From: Octopus vulgaris
Taxonomy: Eukaryota
NCBI GenBank assembly: GCA_951406725.2
Contig: OX597821.1
Span: 51,894,001 to 51,958,000, forward strand
DNA: 64,000 bases
Reading direction: 5' to 3'
Shown: positions 39,441 through 52,340 of the stretch, in pieces
How the letters are laid out: each line of letters opens with the position of its first letter
Position numbering within the stretch: position 1 is the stretch's first letter
The notes under the pieces: generated by a model
Database searches by the model: none
What the model was told of the DNA's origin: nothing
Seen by the model: only the letters and a program-made list of their open reading frames with translations
Translations under genes and position numbers: made by a program

Positions 39441-39845
39441 GGCACAGGCACGGCTGTGTGATAAGAAGCTTGCTTCCCAGCCACATGGTTCTGGGTCCAG
39501 TCCCACTGCCTATCACCTTGGGCAAGTGTCTTCTACTATAGCCTCAGGCTGACCAAAGCCTTGTGGATTTGTTAGATAGAAACTGAGAGAAGCCTGTTGT
39601 ATATATGTATATATATGTGTGTGTCTTTGTGTCTGCATTTGTCCCCACCACCATAGCTTGACAACCAATGTTGATGTGTTTACGTCCCCGTAATGTAGCA
39701 GTTCATCAAAGGAGACCAATAGAATAAGTACCAGTCTTACAAAGAATAAGTCTGGGGTGGTGGGGGGAGAGTTCTTTGGCTAAAATATCCTTTAAGGCAG
39801 TGCTCCCGCATGGCTGCAGTCAAATAACAAACAAGTAAAAGAATG
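39441..39845 (+). mobile_element. SINE family A
   Basis: Same head, core and tail. Confidence 0.85.
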
Positions 39846-40783
39846 AAAGTATACACTACTTAAACAAAAATCAGTGAAGAAATAAATACATGATAGTTTC
39901 AAATTTTGGCACTGGGCCAGGACCTTTTGAGGGCAGGAGCCAGTTGATTTAATTAACCCATGTACTTGAATGATTCTTATTTTATGACTCCAAATGGATG
40001 AAATATAAAGTCAGCCTCAATGGTATCTTAAGGCAGCGAGCTGGCAGAATCGTTAGTGCACTGGACGAAATGTTTAGCTGTATTTCGTCTGCTGCTACGT
40101 TCTCAGTTCAAATTCCGCCGAGGTCGACTTTGCCTTTCATCCTTTCAGGGTCGATTAAGTAAGTACCAGTTATGCACTGGTGTCAATATAATCGACTTAA
40201 TCCATTTGTCTGTCCCTGTTTGTCCTCTCTGTGTTTAGCCCCTTGTGGGTAGTAAAAAAATAGGTATCTGAGCTCCGAACATGAAGATGGATGATGTACT
40301 GCTAAACAGTTTGTCCAGCATGTTGGATCACTGCCTTTGAATAAAGAAATAATAAATATGGATTTCTAACATAAGCACATGGTTGCAAATTTCACATTTG
40401 GGATATAAAAACCATCAATTTTATTAATCCCAATCCAACATATATATATATACATATAATAAATATTAGGGAATAAATCCAAATTTACAGGGAAAAATCA
40501 GATTTAGGATTGAATCCAATTTTATAGTAAAATATAATATAATATTAATTAGAGACAAAACCACTATTATGCAATCAAACAAAAAAAGACATAATCCAAT
40601 ACATAAAAAATTTTATATAAATTAAAAATAATTAAGATCATATACATATATATATACATATATACATATATATATACATATATACATATATATATATGTA
40701 TAAATATATATACATATATATATGTATAAATATATATACATATATATATACATATATACATATATACATATATATATACATAT

Positions 40784-40813
<30 letters not shown>

Positions 40814-40814
<1 letters not shown>

Positions 40815-41480
40815 TCCTTAAATCCTTAAAAATGTTTTAGCCTGAAGGCTGCGGCCATGCTGGGGCACCACCACTGAATGAGCTACACTAATATGTGAAT
40901 CCACCTCTGATACGTGGCACTTGGTCAACAAGGGAGTTCGATGCCGCTGCCCGCATCTGTGTCTCCTGGGACCCCCGACAAGAAGAGATACAGTTTAGTT
41001 TTAAAGAAACCCACATCCACACCATGCAAGTCTCTCAGGCATTTATGGAGGATGTTGAAGAGCTGTGGTCCTCTGAAACCCAAGCTGTTGCAGTATCTGG
41101 TCCTGTATTTTGATGGTGATGTTGGAATCTTTGACACCATGCAGTGGTGCCCCATTCTGTGGTTGGGGTAACTTTGAATGCCAAAGTTTAGGACAAGACC
41201 CTCCAGGATTTTCCAGATGTATATCATCGCATATCTCTCCCACCTTCGCTCTAGGGAAAAGAGTTTTAATACTTTCAGTCTTTCCCAGTAGCTGATATGT
41301 TGCATTGAGACGATCTCCTTTGTGTAGCTTCTTTGAATTGCTTCGAGTTCTGCTGTTAGTTTTATATTGTGTGGTGACCATAGTTGTGAGCAGTAGTCCA
41401 AGCGGCTGAGGATGAAAGTTTTCCACAGGACCATCAGTGTCTCCTTCTCTCCTGTTCTGAAAGTTCGGAGAATCCATCCA
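40814..41480 (-). mobile_element. 5'-truncated CR1-group LINE (ORF2 C-terminus plus 3' end)
   Basis: Minus ORF 40925-41527 contains LWKTFILSRLDYCSQLWSP..ELEAIQR..SYWERLK.LKLFSLERR.ERY..IYIWKILEG, the CR1/L2-group post-RT motifs. The 3' end is GGTGCCCCAGCATGGCCGCAG...(TTTAAGGA)2. Confidence 0.88.
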
Positions 41481-41824
41481 GAGTCTATTTTCCATGGTGA
41501 CATGGGTTGGATATTGAATGATGACAATGAGGGTGATGATGATGATTACTATATTTCAGATGATGATCTTACCTACGATAAACTGCTGTTTCTGGAAAAT
41601 CTCTTTTTCCTTGGTGCTAAATCACCCCATGTTTCCATACCTACCAGCAGATGTTGCCTATTATTGTCAGCAGTAATACAGCCCCGAACGTCTGTCTGAT
41701 AGAGCCAAGAAGTAAAACTAATATTAATATATTATGAGGTTGAGCCAGAGAGATTATATTCATTGCCAACAGATTAACAGTAGGATTATTATTATGTGTA
41801 ACAATGTGGATGGTGATAGACCAG

Positions 41825-41860
<36 letters not shown>

Positions 41861-42633
41861 TGATCAGCTGTTTGTTACTGCCAATGAAAATAAGATGACT
41901 GAAGTATCTTCATGACAATTATAGCTTCATACTTATAACCTTTGACATTTATTGATCAAACGTGGTTTATAAAGGTGGAGATGGTCTCTACATATTTACT
42001 TGTTTTGCTAGGAGTAGCAACCAACTCTCCCTCAGTGTGTTTAAAAGAAGTAACATAGAGGTCCAAGATACATTATACCATTAAACTGCTTTGATTAGAG
42101 ACCTATGCAATCAGAGTAGGCCTAGGGCTATACAAGAACAACAAAATTGAGATTTTTCATAAATAGTAACTTCCCATAGGTTAGATCATCAAGATTAGAA
42201 ATATAATAGTCTTGGAAAATGTTTTTGGAGCTTATCACCTCTTCTGGCAACAACGTGTTTCTCTCTCTTTTTCTCACCATGATGGACAGATTGTGTAATT
42301 TCTTGTGTAATATGAATAAATTTGAGGTGCCTTTATGCAAAAAGTAAAAGGAAAACACTTTTCCATTCATCCTTAATCATGAAATTAAATTTAATGGTTA
42401 TTCCTGTAATGAAGTTAAATATCTATAAAAGAAATAGAATTGGCGTTTTCTGCAAGTTACACTGTTTCAGCAAGGGTACATGGCCTAGCAATTAACATGT
42501 TGCACCCATGATCGTGAGATCATGGTTTTAGTACCTGGACCAGAGGGCGTGTTGTACTGTGTAGCACTTTGAGCAAGTGTGGTTTTTTTATAGCTTCAGA
42601 CTATATGTGTATATATATATGTATATATATATG

Positions 42634-42668
<35 letters not shown>

Positions 42669-42669
42669 G

Positions 42670-42702
<33 letters not shown>

Positions 42703-42714
42703 GTGTGTGTGTAT

Positions 42715-42779
<65 letters not shown>

Positions 42780-42831
42780 ATCATGTGTGAGTGGATTTGG
42801 CAGAAGAAAACTGAAAGAAGCCTGTCTCATC

Positions 42832-42870
<39 letters not shown>

Positions 42871-43280
42871 GTTTGTGTTTGTCCCCACCAGTGTTTGACA
42901 ACTGGTGTTGGTGTATTTTCATCCTTATAACTAGGAAGGGTATACAGCCATAGAAACCATGCCAAAACAGACAATTGGAGCCTGATGCTTGCCTGCTCCT
43001 GTCAAACTGTCCAACCCATGTCACCCATGTCAAACTGTCCAACCCATGTCACCATGCTAAAATAGGTACTGGAGTCAATTCTTCAAAGCAGTGCCCCAGC
43101 ATGGCCACACTCAAGTGATTGAAACAAGTAAAAAGAAAATAGAAGTCATTATAATTTTTGAAATTGTCATTATCATTTTTGATATTATATTGGTTGTTTT
43201 AAAAGAACTATTTATTTATTTATTCTATAATAGTTCTTCCCTTTTTTTATTTCTATAATTCTTCTTTCATTTACTTGTAG

Positions 43281-43403
43281 GGCAAAGGAAAGATAATTAC
43301 ATATTGGCTTCTAGGAGAAGACCCAGGGTCTGAAGGCATTATGAATCAAAGTTCAGAACAGATATCACAACTACAGATATCACAACCAAATTCCCAAAGC
43401 TGA
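43281..43403 (+). CDS. Receptor guanylyl cyclase terminal coding exon
   Basis: Pyrimidine tract plus ttgtAG. GKGKIITYWLLGEDPGSEGIMNQSSEQISQLQISQPNSQS*, completing the conserved (K)GKG...TYWL motif. TGA at 43401-43403. Confidence 0.94.
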   Translation, partial: GKGKIITYWLLGEDPGSEGIMNQSSEQISQLQISQPNSQS

Positions 43404-43662
43404 AAATCCTGGAAACTCACCTTCAACAACCAAAGCATCATTAAATCCACAAATTTAGACAACAAGACATGAACACCCACCAGAACTTTCTCTTACATTT
43501 CTCTTGCTAAATATTTTCATTGAACATGTTGGAAAAAAAAAAGTCTAACAAGAAATAATTATTATTATTGATTACAAACAAAAGGAAGATAGGCCAAAGT
43601 AAAATGTTTGAATCACTCTGGACAATAACAGTAAGCGAAAACAGAAGGAAAAAAATATATAG

Positions 43663-43668
43663 AATAAA
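43663..43668 (+). promoter_or_regulatory. Candidate polyadenylation signal of the cyclase gene
   Basis: First AATAAA after the stop codon; another at about 43756-43761 is followed by GT-rich sequence. The AT-rich context makes this weak. Confidence 0.3.
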
Positions 43669-44073
43669 GACAGACAAAACAAACTGAGGAAATTTGATTT
43701 CTAGGACTAAACTTTGGAAATGGTTGTGGAAAATAACAATAATGATAATAATAATAATAAAACATTTGCTGAGTTTGTGTTTGGTGTCATTGTGTCAAGA
43801 TATATATATTACTTGCATATAAATATAAATTTGACATCACTTTATAACACAACATGCACATATGCACTTGTAAACACACCATGCACAGATGTGTATATGT
43901 GTGCATGTATGTATGAATGTGCATTTTATATATATGTATAAATATATATGTATACACACACACACTCATATACATATGAATGCACATATACATATATGTA
44001 TGTGTGTGTGTATACATATAAATGTGTGTGTATATATATACATATACACACACACACATATATATACAGATAT

Positions 44074-44120
<47 letters not shown>

Positions 44121-44124
44121 CAAA

Positions 44125-44157
44125 TATAATATATATATATGTGTGTAATATATTTAT

Positions 44158-44189
<32 letters not shown>

Positions 44190-44265
44190 GTATATATGTA
44201 TATATATATAATTATATATATTTATATATATATATATAATATATGTATATATAATTATATATATT

Positions 44266-44321
<56 letters not shown>

Positions 44322-44412
44322 TATATATATATATATATATATAATATATGTATATATATATAATTATATATATTTATATATATATATATATATATGTATA
44401 TATAATTATATT

Positions 44413-44504
<92 letters not shown>

Positions 44505-44544
44505 TATAAATATATATATGTATATATATATAATTATATATATG

Positions 44545-44580
<36 letters not shown>

Positions 44581-44593
44581 ATTATATATATTT

Positions 44594-44629
<36 letters not shown>

Positions 44630-44630
44630 A

Positions 44631-44661
<31 letters not shown>

Positions 44662-44662
44662 T

Positions 44663-44742
<80 letters not shown>

Positions 44743-44743
44743 A

Positions 44744-44796
<53 letters not shown>

Positions 44797-44808
44797 TATA
44801 CATATATG
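44125..44808. repeat. ~680 bp compound (TA)n tract
   Basis: Almost pure A/T alternation. Confidence 0.95.
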
Positions 44809-45292
44809 AATGTCTGAGGTTGTTGTTTTTTTGTTTCCTTACAGTTCGAAATTAAGAAATGATAATGTAATGATAATAATAATGAACTTCTAGTTTCTCC
44901 AATTTAAATGAAAAAAAAAACGTACAAAAATATATGTGGAAACAAAAAAAATATTTGGTCAAAAACCAAAAGAAAAAAAGCTAAAAAAAGAAAAAAAACA
45001 AGAAAAATTCTAGAACTTTGTGATGTAGCTATTTATACATGTGTGTATATATATGTTGTGCATATATTCATTCCCTGGCTTAATATGCATTATTGTACCA
45101 GTTGTCTTTAAAGTGTGTTTAAATTTGTTTAAATTTTATGTCTTACATATGAAATTGTTCACATCCCACTCCAACAAACAAACAATTAAAAACCTCAATA
45201 TATATATATTCAGAGAGAGATCTTTTCTTTTCTTTCATTCATTTTGTTTTCTGTGTTTAACCCATTAAGGGCTATAATTTGCCTATGAATAT

Positions 45293-45751
45293 TCTATTTC
45301 TATAAAACAGTCCTTGGATGAAAATTGTACGCACATTTTGCTTTGACAGCCAAACTGCGACTAGGATCAAGCTGTAAATTGGTGGGGATACTAAATGCAT
45401 GGTGAGAATGAGACCTGTGATGGTTAAAATTCGCAAGCTATAAAGATGTGGTTGCTATGGCAAAAAAGAGTGATTTTTTATCGATTCAAGGGGACCCAGA
45501 GCCCCTCTAGGTTTGTGCGATTGGCTTTTACTGCCCAGCGGCATGTACTGCAGGCTGTTGTGCTTAATAAACATACATTTTGTCGTGAAATTCCAGCTAC
45601 TAGGAAACGATTTTTCATTGTGAAAAAACGAGTGCTTTTTGCCCTCATTTTCTTTTTAATTTTTAATAAAATTTTCGTTTTTTTTTTTAAAATTCCTCAT
45701 CTTTAAAATGTGGCCCGAGTAGACCCGAATGAAATCGGGTTATAATACTAG
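45293..45751 (+). mobile_element. Probable non-autonomous Helitron
   Basis: 3' hairpin ACCCGA-ATGAAA-TCGGGT (45723-45740), then 7 nt, then CTAG|T. Candidate 5' end TCTATTTCTATAAAAC is preceded by T rather than the canonical A. Confidence 0.6.
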
Positions 45752-46173
45752 TTATCTTTAAATCTTTACACATTCTGAGCTCTGAAAGGTGTTTTTAAAC
45801 TATATTTCTCCTGTTATATGTTAATTTAAATGTATACTTGAAGAATACTGCAAATATGAAGGATATAGCAAAAGAAACACAACTTTATAATATTATTTAT
45901 AACAAATTTTAAATCTTTGTTCCAAAAACAAGACATTGGTTATTAATGGGTTATTCTTTTACTTGTCTCAATCATTTGACTGGGGCTGTGTTGGAGCACT
46001 GCCTTTTAGTCAAAGAAATCGATCCCTAGACTTATTCTTTGTAAGCTGGTACTTATTCTATCAGTTGTTTCTGCTGAACGTGGATATAACAGCATCAGTT
46101 GTCAAATGATGGCAGTGGGGGAAAAAACACAGACTCAAAAACACACACATAAACATATATATATATATATCAG

Positions 46174-46480
46174 TGTAGCTGCTAGAATAAGAATAGCATG
46201 AGCGAAGTTCAGAGAGATCCTACTTCTGCTGGTAACAAAGGGCTTCTCACTCAGAGTGAAAGGTTGACTGTATGGCACATGTGTGCAAACAGCCATGCTT
46301 CAACGGCAGTGAAACATGGGCTGTGACTGCCAAGGATACAAGAGAGCTGTCTGCTGGTAAGAACCAGCAGAGTATAGAGCAGAGTAATTTGGCTAAGATG
46401 TGGCAAATGATCAAAATGGAAGAAAGCTGTGACTGAAAGGAAGATACCAAAAGAAATGATGAGGGCAGATCTCAAGATTA
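46174..46480 (+). mobile_element. RTE ORF2 fragment (degraded)
   Basis: ARIRIA*AKFREILLLLVTKGFSLRVKG*LYGTCVQTAML/GSETWAVTAK (RTE GSETW motif). Confidence 0.8.
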
Positions 46481-49400
46481 AGGAACACAAGAAGATGACA
46501 AGAAAAAGTGTTGTGCTTGAGAAAGTCTGAAGACCTGACTAATTATGGAAACATGAAAAAATGGCTGTAAGTTGATGATGATATATATGAGTATGGATTT
46601 ATGTATAATTTTCATCATTCACTGCATTCCCCCCACCACTTCTTCACACTCATGTGAACTCCCTACTCCTTACTCAAGCACCTTTGGCAATACTCTACCA
46701 CCATTTATATTCTCATTCCTGTACTTTGAGAGTATACTCTGGCACATTGGTATCATCTTTTCTTTTTCACTCTCTCTTGCACTGCCACACTCTTGCTCTC
46801 TCTCATACTTGATCACTCCCTCTCTCTCCTGTCTCTCCCTCTTACTATAGTAGCCTTGTATCTCCTCCATAGCAAGACACCTATTTTTGTTCTTCTGTTA
46901 CCCTTTGACCACTTATCACCTGGTACAAGGCCATCTCCTTCAATAGCCCCCTCTCAAAGGATCTTTGCCTTGCGAGTTACTTGGTGACCCCACTGGTGCT
47001 GGTGCCACATAAAAACCACCCAGGCCACTCTGTAAAATGGTTGGCATTAGGAAGGGCATCCAGCTGTAAAAACCACGCCAAAGCAGAGAGTGAGGCCCAG
47101 TATAGTCCTCTGGCATGCCAGCACCTGTCAAACTGTTCATCCCTAGCCAGATGTATTTTCTAGTTCTTTAGTTATTATCAGTGGGAAATATGGAAGAGAA
47201 GCAACTCTGGACAAACTTAGTTAGAGCTGTAACCTTAACTAAAACAAAATCAACATTGATTAAGTTGCACAATTAGATCACCATGTCAGAAAAAAAATAC
47301 AGCAGTATTGACACCAAGCAGTTTTAGGCATAAGGGAATTTTAGGTTAGTTAAAATATGTTTGTGACATATTTCAACTTCTGAAGGAGAAAAACATTCTC
47401 TCTTATGATAAAAAGGTGTAAAAACACTATATCTGTCCAGCTAAGTCATCATTGCACAGTGTAATGATGGCTTAGCCGGTTAAAACTTCAAAGTATGCGT
47501 GTGTATGCATACGTGTGCATGAGTGTGTGTGTGTGTGTGTACAAATGAGCATGCTGGTTAAGGATAGGACTTCACTCTCAGAGTTAGTACTTCATTCTTC
47601 TCCATGGCCACCTCATCTGTTTGAGATGAGAAGCAGTATTTGGATCTCTTTGGTTTCACATATAAGATCCAACTTCTTTGAAAATTTCTACACAGCTCAC
47701 AATTTTCATGTCCGCTTTGTCACATAAACTCAATGGGGTATGAGTCAATCATAGAAAGATGCGTGCCACAGAACTTTTATTATTTAATCTTTTAAAGGCA
47801 ATGAGCTGGCAGAATCATTAACCTACCGGGCAAAATGCTTAGCGGAATTTCATCCCTTTTCTGTTCAGTTTTTTCTCAACGTATTCATACTCAGTCATTG
47901 AAGATCAATTCACCATCTTCTCTAAAAGGAGAAGAGAAATTTTGTTTTCTAGCTGTAATAGCTATAGCGAAAGAGGTGATATAGAAGATGCATGGAAGAG
48001 GTATCACATCAGGCATGCTTTAGTGAACCTCTTTTTATATCAACTAAGAGGGAAAGCATGTCTGGAGAAGAAATGCCTGATGGCAAAAAAGTATGAAAGA
48101 AGAGGAAAGAAAGTACAAAAGAAGATGAAAGGAGTAAATGGAAGAAATTAAGTGGAGTAAAAAAAGAAGGACAAAATTAAACAGTGCATCACAGGAATGT
48201 GGTTGGTGGGTTCAAACCCAGTCCACGTTCATTCATTTTTTTGTTTCTCACTTCACATCCGAAATTATAATATATTTATTCATTTAATATCATTCAATGC
48301 AGTCCCTTGTATTGTCTCCTCTTTGTTTAACCCTTGTAGTTTTAATAAAATCGTCCTACTCTATCGTTCATGCACACGAATATCTGAGGGAGTATGTTTG
48401 CTCATCCTCTGTGCTCAATGTCCACATATCTTGCTGTGCGTGTGTATGTGTGTGTATGTATGTGTGAGCATGCATGTATATGTGCATGTGTAGGTGTGTG
48501 CTTGTGTGTGTGTGTGTGTGTGTATGCATGTGTATGTATGTGTGTAATCCTTCATTCATTATTTCCTTCTCTGCTATTTTTCTAATTTTCGGGCCCTCCT
48601 TTTATTCTCTCTTTCCCTATTCCCACCAATAACACACATGACTTCATCTTGTTCCTCCTCTTTCTCTCCAATCCTTCAACACCAGTTGACATTTCCCCCC
48701 CCCCCAGCACTACCACCACCACTACTATCACCACTTCTTCCTTTCCTCTTCCTCCTTTAACACTTCCTATCTTTCTGACAACGTTACACATATTCTACTG
48801 CAAGAACTCTCAATACATATAAATATATATATATATATACAATATACTGAAGACGGTGTGTATGTGGGGGAGGTGTAATTTAATTAACTGCTCTCCCACC
48901 ACTAACCACTACCACCACCACTACCTTCGTTATAGAACTTCATTTTCTGCCAAGTCAAAATGTCTCCATAATTATTATTGTTAAGTCAGGTGAGGTTAAT
49001 GGAAATAGCACAGTCAGCAGAGGGACTTGTTAAATACCTTATGGCACAGCTGATTGTCCTTCTCTCTCCTCCCATGCTTGTGACCTTAAAACTTGTAAAG
49101 AATGGTAACATTTCCATATTCTGTGATATATATGTTTATAACAGTGAGAGCAACTGGGATGGGGGTGATTATGGTGGGGGAATTTTTCCATGAGTCAAAC
49201 TGGTGTTATAATTTTCTACTAGAGCACCTCTTTGAAGCTATCTGACCTGCTAGAAATAGCAGCCAATCTCTCTGATATTACACCTTTCCATCATAAAAAG
49301 AGAAAGGTCACTTTAGTTATCATCATCATAAATGCGTCATCATCATCATCATAGATGTGTCATCATCATCATCATCTTTTAACATCTGTTTTCCATACTC

Positions 49401-50241
49401 ACATGTGCTGGACGATTTGACCAGAGCTAGCTTGCAGGAGAGCTGCATCAGGTTCCAGTCTGGTTTGGCTTGATTTCTACACCTGGATGCCCTTCCTAAT
49501 GCCAACCACTTTACAATGTGTGTTGGGTCTGGCATGAGTGCTTTTACATGGTGCTGGCACAAGTGTTTTATACAGAGCATCAATGCAGGGCTCTTGCAGA
49601 ATCAGCCTCTTCAGCAGGGGGAGTGGCATTAACACTTCTGCTGTGGAGGACAGGTCTTCTTGAATACAGCAAGGTGCCAGAAATTTTGGTCCTTTGTCAT
49701 AGCCACTGTAAGGTTTTGTGTCCTGATGTTGTCCTTCAGTATTTCATCATATTTCTTCTTGGGGCTCCCTCTTTCACTCCTTTGATCATAGGATCATCTG
49801 GGACTTTAACAATTAAACAATTACCTGACTTCACATTTCTCTATCATTTTGAAGATATATTTCCTTCTTCAACCATTCTTGGAATTCTCTTACTCTCACC
49901 ATATGGTTTTAGATAACTTTCTTGAATACAAATTAAACAGAGCCACCATCTATATATATAGTTCTAACATACAAAACCGTTTGACTTTAAAATGTTCACA
50001 TTTATATCACAAAATATGTACGGGTGTGGTTATATGGTTAAGAAGCTCACTTTGGCACTATATGGTTCAGTCCCATTGTGTGACACCATGGGCAAGTGTC
50101 CTCACAATAGCCTTGGGCCAACCAATGCCTTGTGACTGAATTTTGTAAATGGAAACTGCATGGAAACCTATTATATATATGTATATATGTATGCACACAC
50201 ACACACACACACATATGTATGTATGTATATATGTATGTATG

Positions 50242-50300
<59 letters not shown>

Positions 50301-50621
50301 ATATGTGTGTGTGTATATATATATATATATTGAACAATGAAAATGAGTGCTCAGCACTGCTTTAGTAAACAAATTCTTTGTTTATGGGTTAAGGTTACCA
50401 TTGGTTTCATGTTTAGGGAAGTTCCTTAACAATTATCAAGCCTATCCCTTGGAACATTGGCATTTAGTCATGCAGATGATATGTGACAGGCTTGATAGGT
50501 GTTGAGGGACTGCCCTTAACCTGAAACCAATGGTAGCCTTAATCCATATGTGTGTGTATGTGTGTATATTGCTTTACCTGTTTCAGTAATTTAACTTCTC
50601 TTTTGCCAACATACATACACT

Positions 50622-50653
<32 letters not shown>

Positions 50654-50763
50654 ACGGGAAGCTTTATGAAAATAAACAAAAGACGAAGGCAGGTGCAGTA
50701 CAAACAAACAATTGTATTAGTATGGCGCTCAGGAATATAAATAAAACAAGTCTTTTACATTTC

Positions 50764-50987
50764 GAAATATGGTCAGGAAAAGGTTAAAAAGAAATAGTAA
50801 ACTAGAATTGTCAATTAGAGAAATTGCGTATTTGTCTTCACAGCAATCTGCTGGCAATTGATTGAAAATGCCTGCAAGTGATAGAGATTATTTGAAGATC
50901 TTTATCACATGTATGGAGATACAAAGACCTCATTAAGTTGACTAAATGTACAAGTTTCTCAGAGAGACAATGAAAGAAATAATCCAC
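50764..50987 (+). repeat. Segment A, near-identically duplicated at 51803-52026
   Basis: GAAATATGGTCAGG...GAAAGAAATA.TCCAC, about 224 bp with only a couple of differences. Confidence 0.92.
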
Positions 50988-52037
50988 ACACGTAACTCAA
51001 TAAATTTGTTGAATGCCCTTCTTTCCTTTGTCTACTCACTCATATATATATATATATATACACGACACAATGGGCTTCTTTCAGTTTCTGTCTATCAAAT
51101 TCACTCACAAGGTTTTGGTCAGCCCAAGGTTATAGTAGAAGACACTTACCTATGGAGTCACACAGAGAGACTGAACCCAGAACTATGAGGTTTGGAAGTA
51201 AACTTCTTACCACATAGCCATGCCTGTGCCTATACATATATATAGCTTGACAACAGCTGTAGGTTTGTTTAGATTCCTGTAACTTAGCAGTTCTGCACTA
51301 AAAACTAATAGACTTCAAAAGAAATAGTTGACTTGTTTGACTAAAGCCCTTTAAAGTGGGGACCTAATATGGCCACAATGCAATGACCGAAACATGCTAA
51401 ATACAAAAGATGATCTTAGTCATTCCAACCACAAGTTAAATCTTGTCATAATTTTTGGTTAAATTTTTGTTTTTCCTTAAATTATACTCCGATGGTTTCA
51501 AAATTTAGCACAAGGTCAGTAAGTTAGGAGGAGGGGTTAAGTCAATTCCATCAATCCCAGTTCTCAGCTGGAACTTGTTTTATTGACCCTGAAAATTTGA
51601 AAGGCAAAGTTGACCTCAGCAGAATTTGAACTCAGAACAAGATGGATGAAATGCCGCTAAGCATTTTGCCTAGCATGCAAACAATTCTGCCAGCTCACTG
51701 CTTTAAGGATCAAATTAATAATGATAATGAAAAATCATTTTACTAAATTCCTTTAAATTATTGATATTTAAAGTAGCTTAATTGAAATGGTGTATTTTCT
51801 TTGAAATATGGTCAGGAAAAGGTTAAAAAGAAATAGTAAACTAGAATTGTCAATTAGAGAAATTGCGTATTTGTCTTCACAGCAATCTGCTGGCAATTGA
51901 TTGAAAATGCCTGCAAGTGATAAAGATTATTTGAAGATCTTTATCACATGTATGGAGATACAAAGACCTCATTAAGTTGACTAAATGTACAAGTTTCTCA
52001 GAGAGACAATGAAAGAAATATTCCACGAGACACAGTT

Positions 52038-52340
52038 CAGACTAGTATCACATTAATCCTGATTCCACAACTAATCCTAGCTATACTATATCATACAGGG
52101 TATTACTTTAAACAGCATCCAGTAGTGGGACCCTGATTTAAGAGTTCCAGCCACTATTGTTCCCAGGTCCATTCTGACTTGGAGTAGTAGCACTTGTTGG
52201 GGTCCCAGCTAATAGTCCCAGCTATAGGTCCCAGCTATAGTACCAGCTATGGAATTACCTCCGAAAGAAGGTCACTTACAGGCACCCCAAAGGGCCTAGG
52301 TCTTATGCAGCCCTTCAGCTCTCTAGGTGCTCATCTAAGA
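52038..52340 (+). repeat. Segment B, duplicated at 52996-53298
   Basis: CAGACTAGTATCAC...CATCTAAGA, about 303 bp apparently identical; the ORF track shows the same peptide at 52194 and 53152. Confidence 0.92.

Noticed and set aside
50654-50764. Possible truncated Penelope-like terminus (minus strand CGAAATGTAAAAGAC)
   Set aside because: Only the GAAA half is present; no CUGANGA core or stem II in the window.
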